Assembly (NCBI GenBank): GCA_964585475.1
Contig: CAZPDF010000001.1
Span: 81,337-145,336, forward strand
Direction of reading: 5' to 3'
From: an uncultured Candidatus Saccharibacteria bacterium
Lineage (GTDB): Bacteria > Patescibacteriota > Minisyncoccia > Sungbacterales > HO2-52-23
DNA length: 64,000 nt
Under the pieces are notes generated by a model. That model made no database searches. It saw nothing but the letters and a program-made list of their open reading frames with translations, and was not told where the DNA came from. The position numbers were made by a program, and so were the translations under genes. Positions 55,811-64,000 of the stretch are shown piece after piece (the stretch's first letter is position 1; each line of letters begins with the position of its first letter).

Positions 55811-56752
55811 ATGCAGGTACGGTTGGGTCTTTTTTCTCCTCTTGTGCAGAATGCCGCAAACGCAGTTATACTGGCCGGAATTACGGCTTCTCGCATCGGA
55901 TTTTCCAAAAAGCCGCTCAAGTCAGAAAAAAAATTCGATGCGGGATATGGCCACGTTGCGACAACTACGGCGGCGGATCACATTGCACAAAGAATGATTC
56001 TGCGGTTTCTAAGCCGTAGATCTCATCAAGCCAGGTTTCTTACGGAAGAGAAGGCGGAGAAGATGGATGCCAAGATCGTTCAAGGAGTTATTACTGCAAA
56101 AGATTTTCATACCATCGCCCAAGGTGTTGTCTACGGCATTGATCCTATTGACGGAACGAGCATGTTCAAGAATCGTCTTTGGGAGTGGAGCAGTTCGGTC
56201 GGGGTCATGGTGGATGGGCAGCACATCGGAGGCGCAATATTTGCCCCGATGCTTCGTGGAGGAATTCTCTTGGTGGGTGAGAGAGGAAAAGGAGTTATGA
56301 TGTTTGAAAATAGCGGCAAGGTGAAAAGCAGGCCCGTGGTACCCTTTAATCAAAAGCCAAAGGACAGCGTTGTTTATATCGGGCCGGACATTTTCTTTCT
56401 GAATAAATTTGCCCCGTTTATGTCCGAGATTGGGCCGCAGTTGAGAACCATGAATTGTACTGGTTCCTGCGCCGTTGGCTTGGCGTATGTTGCAGCCGGA
56501 AGGATTGATGCTCTTATCCAACCCGCTCAGAAGGCCTGGGATTGGTTTGCCGGGTATCCCTTGGTTGAAGGAGTAGGGGGCAAGATGCAATGTTACCATT
56601 ATAGAGACGGAGCCATTGTGCCGCTTAATGCCCCGGATATTGCAAGTTACGACCCTAGTTGTCCCAACATGGCTTTTATTGCCGGAGTTCCTTCATTGGT
56701 GGATTTTCTTTTTGAAACTCTTAAGAAGACGTATCAAGTCTCAGCCGCTTAA
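55811..56752 (+). CDS. Inositol-monophosphatase-family phosphatase (paralog)
   Basis: 'GIDPIDGTSMF'. 'FLTEEKAE'. 'ATTTAADHIAQ'. Confidence 0.5.
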   Translation: MQVRLGLFSPLVQNAANAVILAGITASRIGFSKKPLKSEKKFDAGYGHVATTTAADHIAQRMILRFLSRRSHQARFLTEEKAEKMDAKIVQGVITAKDFHTIAQGVVYGIDPIDGTSMFKNRLWEWSSSVGVMVDGQHIGGAIFAPMLRGGILLVGERGKGVMMFENSGKVKSRPVVPFNQKPKDSVVYIGPDIFFLNKFAPFMSEIGPQLRTMNCTGSCAVGLAYVAAGRIDALIQPAQKAWDWFAGYPLVEGVGGKMQCYHYRDGAIVPLNAPDIASYDPSCPNMAFIAGVPSLVDFLFETLKKTYQVSAA

Positions 56753-56812
56753 CCAGCGGCTTTTTTACTGTAAAACAAAATGGTATGGTAGTTTCGTTAT
56801 ATTATAAAATCT

Positions 56813-57820
56813 ATGAGGGCATTTAAAAAATCAATTGCGGTTTCAAAAACTCCGTATAGGATTAATCTTGCCGGCGCGACAGATCTTATTCCGTATGTCA
56901 AGCGGTTTGGAGGAGACGCTCTTTCGGGAGCCATTGATAAATATGTGACGATTGTGGCTCAGCGTAGGGGCGACAGAAAAATTGTATTCCATAATGCTTT
57001 GAAGACGGAGGAGGCGCTGGAGGCGCGCCGGATTAACCAGCCGCACGTGCGCTCTGTCTTGGAGCACGTCGGAATAAATTCGGGAGTGGATATTGCGTCT
57101 TTCACCGATGCGCCTTTGGCTTCCGGTCTCGGATCCTCCGGGTCTTTTGTGGTAGGGCTTCTTAATGCCCTCTGGACGCTTCAGGGGCGGAAAAAAGACC
57201 CGCGCGACCTCGCGGAAGAAGCTGCGCATATCGAGATTAAGAAACTAAATTCTCCCATAGGAAAGCACGATCAGTATCTCGCGGCCTACGGCGGGATTTG
57301 TAAACTCTCGTTCCTTCGGAACGGGAGCGTTGAGGTTAAGAAGGTTGTTTTTAAGAAAAATGAGAAAGAAGTTTTCGAAAAAATGGTTCTCCTTGTATAC
57401 AGCGGAGTATCGAGGCCGGCCAACCAAATGCTAAGTCCGGTCGAGCGTAAGCTCCAAGAACTAAATCCTAAAATTGTCACTGCTATGCATTCTTTCCGTG
57501 AGATTAGCAGTCAAACCGCCGGACTCCTGGTGCAAAGAGATTTTTCGTCATTCGGGGCGAGTTTAAACGATCTTTGGGAGGTTGAGAAAAAAACTTTTTC
57601 CAACAGCAACGAGCGGCTGGACGAGCTTATCAATGCCGGAAAGAAGCAGGGCGCCATAGGCGGGCTTGTGGTGGGTGCCGGAGGAGGCGGCTTTTTGTAT
57701 CTGGTCTGCCCGGACCAGAGGACCAGATTACAGGTTTCGCGGACACTTGAGCGCATGGGTGCGACCGAATATCCTTTTTCTTTTGCGGAAGAGGGAAGCA
57801 AAATAATTTTTTCCCAATAG
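56813..57820 (+). CDS. GHMP-family sugar kinase (D-glycero-D-manno-heptose 7-phosphate kinase HddA-like)
   Basis: 'PLASGLGSSGSFVVGLLNAL' GHMP motif 2. 'GGLVVGAGGGGF' motif 3. Confidence 0.65.
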   Translation: MRAFKKSIAVSKTPYRINLAGATDLIPYVKRFGGDALSGAIDKYVTIVAQRRGDRKIVFHNALKTEEALEARRINQPHVRSVLEHVGINSGVDIASFTDAPLASGLGSSGSFVVGLLNALWTLQGRKKDPRDLAEEAAHIEIKKLNSPIGKHDQYLAAYGGICKLSFLRNGSVEVKKVVFKKNEKEVFEKMVLLVYSGVSRPANQMLSPVERKLQELNPKIVTAMHSFREISSQTAGLLVQRDFSSFGASLNDLWEVEKKTFSNSNERLDELINAGKKQGAIGGLVVGAGGGGFLYLVCPDQRTRLQVSRTLERMGATEYPFSFAEEGSKIIFSQ

Positions 57821-57844
57821 ATTCTTTTATAATAAGAAATAGCT

Positions 57845-58265
57845 GCGTTGTTTACACTTCCTATTTCCACCACCGCGCGGGAATCCCTCGGCGTATACCT
57901 TCTCTCGGTACGGCTATCGCCCCGACCAGCGTCGGGGCTCACCTCCCGTGCGCTTCCTCGCTCTCCCGCTTAGAGCGGGAACCATGCCCGCTCGGTCGCG
58001 CAAGGCCCTCGATAAGGCATACGCCTCGGCCCGCGCGGGAGAGAATGTAGATAGAGGATTTTCTCATCGCGGTCGAGCTCCGCTCTTGAGAAAAAGAATC
58101 AGAAGGGACGCTGAAGTGAGGGGCCGGTGATAAGATATTGTCCTGTTGCGGCCCGGATGCTTAGCGAGGCGGAGATTAAAAAAGTTTAAACTTGCCCAAA
58201 GCCCGCCGAGCGTCTTTTTCTCAAGGGCGGGGCGAGGGGGCCGCGATGAGAAGTGTAAACAACGC
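57845..58265. repeat. Family-C MITE-like GC-rich structured element (421 bp) with 16-bp perfect terminal inverted repeats GCGTTGTTTACACTTC / GAAGTGTAAACAACGC
   Basis: The interior is clearly GC-rich, with hairpins GCCCCGACCAGCGTCGGGGC, CCCGCTTAGAGCGGG and CGCGCGGG/CCCGCGCG. Sits between the kinase and nucleotidyltransferase genes. Confidence 0.55.
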
Positions 58266-58283
58266 AACCATTTTTATAATGAT

Positions 58284-58961
58284 ATGAAAGCAGTTATTCT
58301 TGCGGCAGGGGAGGGAAGAAAAATGCGGCCTCTTACGCTCACGGCCCCAAAACCACTGCTTGAGGTGCAGGGTAAAAAACTGATCGATTATGTATTTGAC
58401 GCCCTGCCCCCAGAAATAGACGAGGTGATTGTCTCGGTTAAATATCTTGCGGATAAAATCAAATCGTATCTTGGCGATTCGCATAAAGGGAGGAAAATTC
58501 ATTACGTTGAAGGTTCGGAGAAGGGGAACGCGGTTGGACTTCTGAATGCGCGGGAATTTTTTAAAGAAGGGGAGAGGTTTTTCATTTTTTATGGAGATGA
58601 GCCCCAGCGGCGGGAAGAAATCGAGGAATGTCTCGCTCATAAGTTTGCGTGGGTATGCTCACGGGTTTCTGATCCCCGTACGAGCGGCGTTGCGATAACC
58701 GATGTCCAAAGAAGGATCCTTGAAGTTATTGAAAAACCGGAGCTTCCGAAGTCAAACTGGTCAGCTATGGGGACGATCCTGGTTAACACGGACATTTTTT
58801 CCTACCAGCCGGAGTTGCATTCAAGCGGCGAGTATCATCTGTCCTCAATGCTCAATCGTTTTATAAAGGACCATTCGGTCTTTATGGTGTTCGGAAAACC
58901 GAGGCCCCCGTTTCGTTCCCCGGGCGATATCAACTGGAACATGGAGGATTTTTTAACATGA
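58284..58961 (+). CDS. Sugar-1-phosphate nucleotidyltransferase (HddC/RmlA-like)
   Basis: 'MKAVILAAGEGRKMRPLTLTAPKPLLEV'. Confidence 0.7.
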   Translation: MKAVILAAGEGRKMRPLTLTAPKPLLEVQGKKLIDYVFDALPPEIDEVIVSVKYLADKIKSYLGDSHKGRKIHYVEGSEKGNAVGLLNAREFFKEGERFFIFYGDEPQRREEIEECLAHKFAWVCSRVSDPRTSGVAITDVQRRILEVIEKPELPKSNWSAMGTILVNTDIFSYQPELHSSGEYHLSSMLNRFIKDHSVFMVFGKPRPPFRSPGDINWNMEDFLT

Positions 58962-59036
58962 AACTTGTGCCTTTCGCCGTTATGTTATAGAAATAGGAAA
59001 GCAACTCGTTCTTTTGAGGGAAAAGTAATGGCGGAA

Positions 59037-59729
59037 ATTCATCCTAAAGTGAGAGCAGTCGCATTTGACCTCGAAGGACCGCTCATTGATCTCGAGCATC
59101 TTCATCATGGAGGCCACGTTCTGGCGTCAGAAGATGTGGGTCTGGATCTTACGATTGAAGAGTGTTTGGTTAGAATCCCGCACTTTATCGGTGGACCCGA
59201 CGAGAAGATTGCCGAAGAGATGGCTAAACTTGTCGGAGCTGACCCTGGATTTATTCTCAAGCGTAGCCGGTTTCATTATCAGCGCCTTTTAGATGGGGCC
59301 GAGATAGTTTTGCGTCCGGGAGCGGATAATTTTATCTTGTGGCTTCTCGAGCGGGGATATAAAATTTCCATAGGTTCTGCAGTCGATCCGGAAAAGGGAA
59401 AGATGCTTGTTTCTCGATCCGGTCTTTCGCGGTTTTTTCCGACGGACTTGATTATTTTCGCCGGTGACGTAGTTAATACGAAGCCCGCTCCGGATGTGTA
59501 TCTGGAGACGGCGCGGCGTATGGGAGTTGACCCGAGCGAACAGCTTGTATTTGAAGATTCTCCTCGCGGAGTCAAAGCTGGCGTTGCGGCCGGATCGCCC
59601 GTTATCGGTATGCCGATCTACTGGAAGCCGCATACCGTTGCCGAGCTCATTGAGGCCGGTGCTCGACGTATTTTCAGAGATTGGCGGGAGATCAATAGGG
59701 AAGAGGTCATATCTGCCAGGAATTTATGA
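59037..59729 (+). CDS. HAD-superfamily hydrolase (beta-phosphoglucomutase/phosphatase-like)
   Basis: Motif I 'VAFDLEGPLID'. Motif III/IV 'VFEDSPRGVKAGVAAGSPVIG'. Confidence 0.55.
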   Translation: MHPKVRAVAFDLEGPLIDLEHLHHGGHVLASEDVGLDLTIEECLVRIPHFIGGPDEKIAEEMAKLVGADPGFILKRSRFHYQRLLDGAEIVLRPGADNFILWLLERGYKISIGSAVDPEKGKMLVSRSGLSRFFPTDLIIFAGDVVNTKPAPDVYLETARRMGVDPSEQLVFEDSPRGVKAGVAAGSPVIGMPIYWKPHTVAELIEAGARRIFRDWREINREEVISARNL

Positions 59730-59835
59730 CAAGAGCGTAGAGCCGCGTGAAAAACGCGGCCCTTTTTTTGATACCTTTACAGAGTGTGGTTAGTTTTATA
59801 TAAGAGAAAACAGCACCTTGATAGCGGAGGGATAA

Positions 59836-60495
59836 ATGTTCAATTCGCAGCGGTATATAGATCAGTATCTAGCATATGCGGAAGGGATTACGCGTTACTT
59901 CAGGTTCAAAAGCGAAGAGAAAAAGATTAATACAGTTGTAGATATATTGTTCACCGCCTGGCTTTCCAATACTCCGGTGTTTCCGTTGGGTAATGGCGGA
60001 TCCGAATCAACAGCCAAGCACTTTGCGGCAGATCTTGCCAAGACAGTAAACGATAAGCCGGGTCACCGGGGTCTGCGGGCCTATACGCCTTGGGATAATG
60101 ACCCCCTCATTAGCGCCATAGTTAACGATCGCCCGAAAGAGGACATTTTTACTGCATGGCTTGATACTTATTACCAGCGCGGCGGCATAGGGATTGGCAT
60201 CAGTGTTCATGGCGGTTCGGGTTCCGATGTCGGAGGAAAATGGTCGCAGAATCTTCTAAAGGGTCTTCAATACATCAAGGATCGCGGCGGAAAGACGATC
60301 GGTTTCTCTGGTTTTGACGGAGGACCCATGAAGGATCTGGTTGACGTCTGCCTTGTTGTTCCGGTTGCGGATCCAGAATTTGGCACGCCGCTGGTAGAGT
60401 CCTTCCACGTGGTATTGCATCATCTTGTTGTTTTCACTCTTAAGGGATTAATCGCGGAAGAGGAAGAAAAGTCCTTCGACAACGGGGTGCACTAA
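59836..60495 (+). CDS. gmhA: SIS-domain sedoheptulose-7-phosphate isomerase
   Basis: 'VFPLGNGGSESTAKHFAADL'. 'GISVHGGSG'. Confidence 0.65.
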   Translation: MFNSQRYIDQYLAYAEGITRYFRFKSEEKKINTVVDILFTAWLSNTPVFPLGNGGSESTAKHFAADLAKTVNDKPGHRGLRAYTPWDNDPLISAIVNDRPKEDIFTAWLDTYYQRGGIGIGISVHGGSGSDVGGKWSQNLLKGLQYIKDRGGKTIGFSGFDGGPMKDLVDVCLVVPVADPEFGTPLVESFHVVLHHLVVFTLKGLIAEEEEKSFDNGVH

Positions 60496-61031
60496 TGAGT
60501 AGGCGGGCGGTTTTTATCGACCGCGACGGCGTCATCGTGCGGCCTGTTTTGCGAGATGGAATTCCCAAGGCCCCTTTCAAGCGTGAAGAATTTGCGTTCT
60601 ACCCCGATGTTGCGCGGGCCCTTGCGATTTTAAGGATTCTGGGATTCTTACGGATTCTGGTTACGAACCAACCCGATGTTGCCCATGGATACCTTGCGGA
60701 GGAAGAGTGGAGATGGATGCAGGCGAGCGTCGAGGAACTTGATTTTGATGACGTTTATATCTGTCGCCATATCCGGGAAGATGGCTGCGAATGCAAAAAG
60801 CCAAAGCCCGGAATGCTTTTTGCCGCGGCAAAGAAATGGGGTATTGATATTCGCGCCTCATACATGATCGGCGATACGGTGAGCGATACCGGTGCGGCAC
60901 AAGCCGCGGGCTGCAAAAGCATTCTTATCCGGGCCTCGTACAATGAAAGCGTCAGGAGCGATTATGTTGCGTCAAGTTTGTATGATGCGGTACTGTTAAT
61001 AAAACGTCTTGAAGGGGGGAGGATACGATGA
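60495..61031 (+). CDS. gmhB: D,D-heptose 1,7-bisphosphate phosphatase (HAD-IIIA)
   Basis: 'RAVFIDRDGVI'. 'CRHIREDGCECKKPKPGML' Zn-binding motif. 'MIGDTVSD'. Confidence 0.7.
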   Translation: MSRRAVFIDRDGVIVRPVLRDGIPKAPFKREEFAFYPDVARALAILRILGFLRILVTNQPDVAHGYLAEEEWRWMQASVEELDFDDVYICRHIREDGCECKKPKPGMLFAAAKKWGIDIRASYMIGDTVSDTGAAQAAGCKSILIRASYNESVRSDYVASSLYDAVLLIKRLEGGRIR

Positions 61032-61771
61032 AGATATTCGTTGACACTGCGAATTTGCAGGATATTGAGGAGGCACTCAAGCGCGGCTTCATTCGGGGCA
61101 TTACTACTAACCCCTCGCTTCTTTCCAAAGAACCCAAGACCGAATTTAAGGCGCACATTGGACGGATCATTGAGCTTATCCGAAGACATAAGGTTTCACT
61201 TATGGGGAAACCGCATCTTTCGGTCGAGGTATTCTCACGAAATCCAGACGAGATCTTACGCCAGGCAATGGATTTCCGCGAAACCTTTCAATACGATGCA
61301 CTTTCAGTGAAGGTACAGATTGGATGGGATGAACTCGAAGTCATCCGTCAATTAAATGAACGCGGCTTTTCTGTAAACTGTACATGTTGCATGAGTGTGA
61401 ATCAGGCGATGCTTGCCGCGGCTGCCGGTGCGCGTTACGTCTCGCTTTTTTGGGGTAGAATCCGTGATGGCGCAAACGACAAGAGTATTAATGATCGTGC
61501 CAAAGCAATAGAGAATGGTGTTCTTGATGAGAGTGACTTCGATCCGGCCCAAGTAGTTAGTAGGACTCGAAAACTCCTGCATGTATCGTATCCCAGGGTG
61601 GAGATTATTGCGGGAAGCATACGCACGGCAACTGATATTCGGGATGCGGCGCTTGCCGGTGCTCATATCGTTACCGTCCCGCCCAAGTTCTTTCCACAGA
61701 TGGTCTCGCATTTCAAAACCGATGAGGTAGTAAATCAGTTCCTCACCGATTTTGAGAGATGGCTAAGTTAA
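61028..61771 (+). CDS. Transaldolase/fructose-6-phosphate aldolase family (type 3B)
   Basis: 'MKIFVDTANLQDIEEALKRGFIRGITTNPSLL'. Confidence 0.7.
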   Translation: MKIFVDTANLQDIEEALKRGFIRGITTNPSLLSKEPKTEFKAHIGRIIELIRRHKVSLMGKPHLSVEVFSRNPDEILRQAMDFRETFQYDALSVKVQIGWDELEVIRQLNERGFSVNCTCCMSVNQAMLAAAAGARYVSLFWGRIRDGANDKSINDRAKAIENGVLDESDFDPAQVVSRTRKLLHVSYPRVEIIAGSIRTATDIRDAALAGAHIVTVPPKFFPQMVSHFKTDEVVNQFLTDFERWLS

Positions 61772-61830
61772 CGGGGCTTCGAAACCTCGTTATTTATTTA
61801 GCAGAAATAATGCTTTTTAGGGGGCAACGG

Positions 61831-62454
61831 TTACCCTCGTTCGAAAATCACAATATTCCAAAAAGTTGAGGTCTTAGCAGTTATTATCCGGCCGTAGCCG
61901 CTAAGAAGCCGGATAAGCTCCGGTTTGGTCCAATGGTTGATGTGCCCGGGAGTATTGCCTAAATTCTTAATATATTTCCCGCGCAGAAAATTCGCTATGC
62001 GAAACCACGGTTCATTGGGAACAGAAATTAGGACTAGGCGTTTGGACAGGCGGCAAAATAGTTCGAGGGCCGAGCGGACATCCGGCAGATGTTCCAAAAG
62101 TTCATTGGCCATTACGCAAGCATACTGGGGACTCGTCGTATTGGGCATGGCAAAAAGATCCTCCATTTGATAGGTGATATTGGGACGCGCGGAGTATTTT
62201 CTGGCATATTCTATGAATTCTTTTTCTATATCTACACCAACGATTTGGGAATCCGACAGGGAGGAGGCAATCTCTCTCGTAGTAAATCCTTCTCCGCACC
62301 CTACGTCCAGAAGGGTTTTGGGGTTCTGGGATTTTAGCAAGTTTACCACATCCCGGTTGAACTTCCGCAATAAAAATTTAAGCAAGGGGTTCTTGCTCAA
62401 ATGTTTTTTTTTATTCCCCTCCCAAATTTCATTGGCGCTCTCCTTTTTAACCAT
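61831..62454 (-). CDS. Class I SAM-dependent methyltransferase
   Basis: 'LLDVGCGEGFTTREIA'. 'LISVPNE'. Confidence 0.6.
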   Translation of the reverse strand: MVKKESANEIWEGNKKKHLSKNPLLKFLLRKFNRDVVNLLKSQNPKTLLDVGCGEGFTTREIASSLSDSQIVGVDIEKEFIEYARKYSARPNITYQMEDLFAMPNTTSPQYACVMANELLEHLPDVRSALELFCRLSKRLVLISVPNEPWFRIANFLRGKYIKNLGNTPGHINHWTKPELIRLLSGYGRIITAKTSTFWNIVIFERG

Positions 62455-63394
62455 GGTGTTCTTCCAGAATTTCGTAAAGTTTTTTCTCGCCGTAGGATAC
62501 GCGGATAATCATCTCGGCAACTATGCCAAGAAGAATCAAGAGAATCCCCACCACAGTAAAAATTGCAATTAAAACCGGAAGAGGAGTCCTAGAAAAATGG
62601 GTGCTATCCACGACTCTTAGATAAATTGCCCAGAGGGAGGAGGCCAGCGCGAGAAAGATGCTGATAAAACCGGTGTATCCAAAAAAATGCATGGGTCTTG
62701 AAGCGTACTTCATGAAGAAGCGGAATGCGATTATGTCCAGTATAACGCCGAAAGTGCGGGAAAACCCGAATTTCGATTTGCCGTATTTGCGGGGCTCGAA
62801 AGAAATGGGAATTTCTGCAATTTTTGCTCCGTGGAGTACGGCAGAAGCCGCAAGAAATCTATGCATATCGCCCAAAAACACTACGGGCCTCAAACTTTCT
62901 TTACGAAAAAGTTTAAACATACATCCGTGGTCGTGTAGAGAAACGCCCGTGATTTTGGAGATAAGGAAATTGGCCGCCGCAGACGGAAGACGGCGGGTTA
63001 GCCATTGATTGGTCCAGCGATTTTTTCGCCAGCCGGAAACTACATCATATCCTTCTCCAAACTTTTTTATAAAAAACGGAATATCCTCCGGCTTATTTTC
63101 CAAATCTCCGTCCATAGTGATTATGACGTCCCCGGAAGAATTTTGAATACCGCAGGCCAGAGCCGCGGTTTTTCCGTAGTTACGCAGGAAACGGTATGCT
63201 TTGACCGAGGGAAGGGAGCGCAAAATATCGAAAGTTCCGTCAGTCGATCCGTCGTCAACAATTATGATTTCATAAGGCACGCGTATCTCGGTGAGCACGC
63301 CTAGCAATCTTCGATGAAGTTCGGGAAGCGATTCTCGTTCATTCAATACCGGTATTACCACCGATAGCTTCTCCACCTTATTTGCTTGAGACAT
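62447..63394 (-). CDS. GT2-family polyprenyl-phosphate glycosyltransferase with C-terminal TMs (GtrB-like)
   Basis: 'LSVVIPVLNERESL'. 'IIIVDDGSTDGT'. 'MDGDLENKPED'. Confidence 0.75.
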   Translation of the reverse strand: MSQANKVEKLSVVIPVLNERESLPELHRRLLGVLTEIRVPYEIIIVDDGSTDGTFDILRSLPSVKAYRFLRNYGKTAALACGIQNSSGDVIITMDGDLENKPEDIPFFIKKFGEGYDVVSGWRKNRWTNQWLTRRLPSAAANFLISKITGVSLHDHGCMFKLFRKESLRPVVFLGDMHRFLAASAVLHGAKIAEIPISFEPRKYGKSKFGFSRTFGVILDIIAFRFFMKYASRPMHFFGYTGFISIFLALASSLWAIYLRVVDSTHFSRTPLPVLIAIFTVVGILLILLGIVAEMIIRVSYGEKKLYEILEEHHG

Positions 63395-63645
63395 AGTTAA
63401 AGTATACGATAAATTCAGCCATAATCCAAATAACGCTCCGCGCTGCAGAGCAGCACGGTATCAAAGGAGACTCCTCGACTCGCTTCGCTCGCTCGGAGAA
63501 TATTGTTCGAGCTTGTCGAGAACCTTCCTAAGGTAACCGCGCAGCAGAGCTGATGCGGAATTAGCCAGTTCACCCTCATCATTAAAACCAGCTTTTTACT
63601 AAAATCGTTACATAGTTTGTATTTGAAGGATACGATATAAGTGTT

Positions 63646-63900
63646 ATGGAGAATCCTCCGCGCAACACGTTTTCGGAAACTGCATCCTGGGCGAAAAAGA
63701 TTCCATTTTTGGGATATTTTTTCGAAAAAAGCTTTTTCCATTATCTTTGGGTGAGCGGCATTTTTTCGGCCGCCAACATTTTTTTGCTCTGGTTTTTTAT
63801 TGATGTTCTGGAAATCCCAACCTTGGTTGCGAGTACCGGGGTTATCGGGGGAACATTTTTGTTGCGTTACGTACTTTTCCGTTTGACAAAGGTTATTTAA
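63646..63900 (+). CDS. GtrA-like small membrane protein (possibly partial), divergent from the GT2 gene
   Basis: Hydrophobic helices. 'IGGTFLLRYVLFR' resembles the GtrA C-terminal motif. Confidence 0.3.
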   Translation: MENPPRNTFSETASWAKKIPFLGYFFEKSFFHYLWVSGIFSAANIFLLWFFIDVLEIPTLVASTGVIGGTFLLRYVLFRLTKVI

Positions 63901-64000
63901 GTCACCTTGCAATTATTGACAGCTTCGCATAGTATAGTTCTTATGCGTCTTTCCGTTGCAGAGAATATAATGCTCTGGATTGTGAAGATTGGGCTCTGGA

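Noticed and set aside
57511-57942. The 143-aa minus-strand ORF.
   Set aside because: It lies within the GC-rich family-C structured element and overlaps the 3' end of the GHMP kinase gene. It has low-complexity Pro/Ser/Arg composition typical of GC-rich non-coding sequence.
63415-63912. The 165-aa minus-strand ORF.
   Set aside because: It overlaps the GtrA-like plus-strand ORF and family-like repeats at the window end. It has no recognisable motif and is likely spurious.
1-64000. Considered whether the many short repeats (CCCCGTTAGAAGTC etc.) form a CRISPR array.
   Set aside because: They are inverted-repeat pairs with irregular spacing scattered over more than 50 kb. Many are inside CDSs and no cas genes are present. 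They are not uniformly spaced direct repeats with unique spacers.
1-64000. tRNA, rRNA, tmRNA or RNase P genes.
   Set aside because: No cloverleaf-like conserved boxes and no rRNA signature stretches were recognised by eye. The structured GC-rich element at 57845-58265 lacks RNase P P4-type motifs. This cannot be excluded without a covariance search.

Overview
The window is a 64-kb cell-surface glycan biosynthesis supercluster, about 48% GC, with compact co-directional genes, a lamin-tail/PKD surface protein and many GT2+GT39 pairs. I read it as a CPR/Patescibacteria-like (Parcubacteria-type) or similar uncultured bacterium, but that is an inference. It encodes a dTDP-deoxyhexose module (rfbB, rfbD, FdtA/WxcM-like cupins, a sugar C-methyltransferase), UDP-GlcA/UXS, a nonulosonic-acid module (NeuA-like, NeuB) and a nucleotide-heptose module (GmhA, GmhB, GHMP kinase, nucleotidyltransferase, HAD, transaldolase/FSA). 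There are many GT4/GT2 glycosyltransferases, a GT47 exostosin-like protein, four GT2 + GT39(ArnT-like)/GtrA/SMR sets, Wzx and YfhO-like proteins, many SAM methyltransferases and a B12-radical-SAM enzyme. The most unusual signal is several families of short palindromic (MITE-like) repeats, a number of which sit in frame inside enzyme genes and encode shared peptides, comparable to Rickettsia palindromic elements. Other notable items are two RelE-type toxin-antitoxin cassettes (one splitting a duplicated GT2 5' end), a DUF5678-like + retropepsin-like aspartyl-protease cassette flanked by a roughly 100-bp target duplication, a PaaX-like mini-regulator with a duplicated operator controlling PP2C phosphatase and 2H phosphoesterase genes, three DUF218 paralogs, duplicated TCAGCG/CGCTGA-rich leaders upstream of rfbB and rfbD, and homopolymeric tracts in glycan genes. 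No rRNA, tRNA or CRISPR array was recognised. All calls come from reading the sequence and ORF track; no database searches were run.
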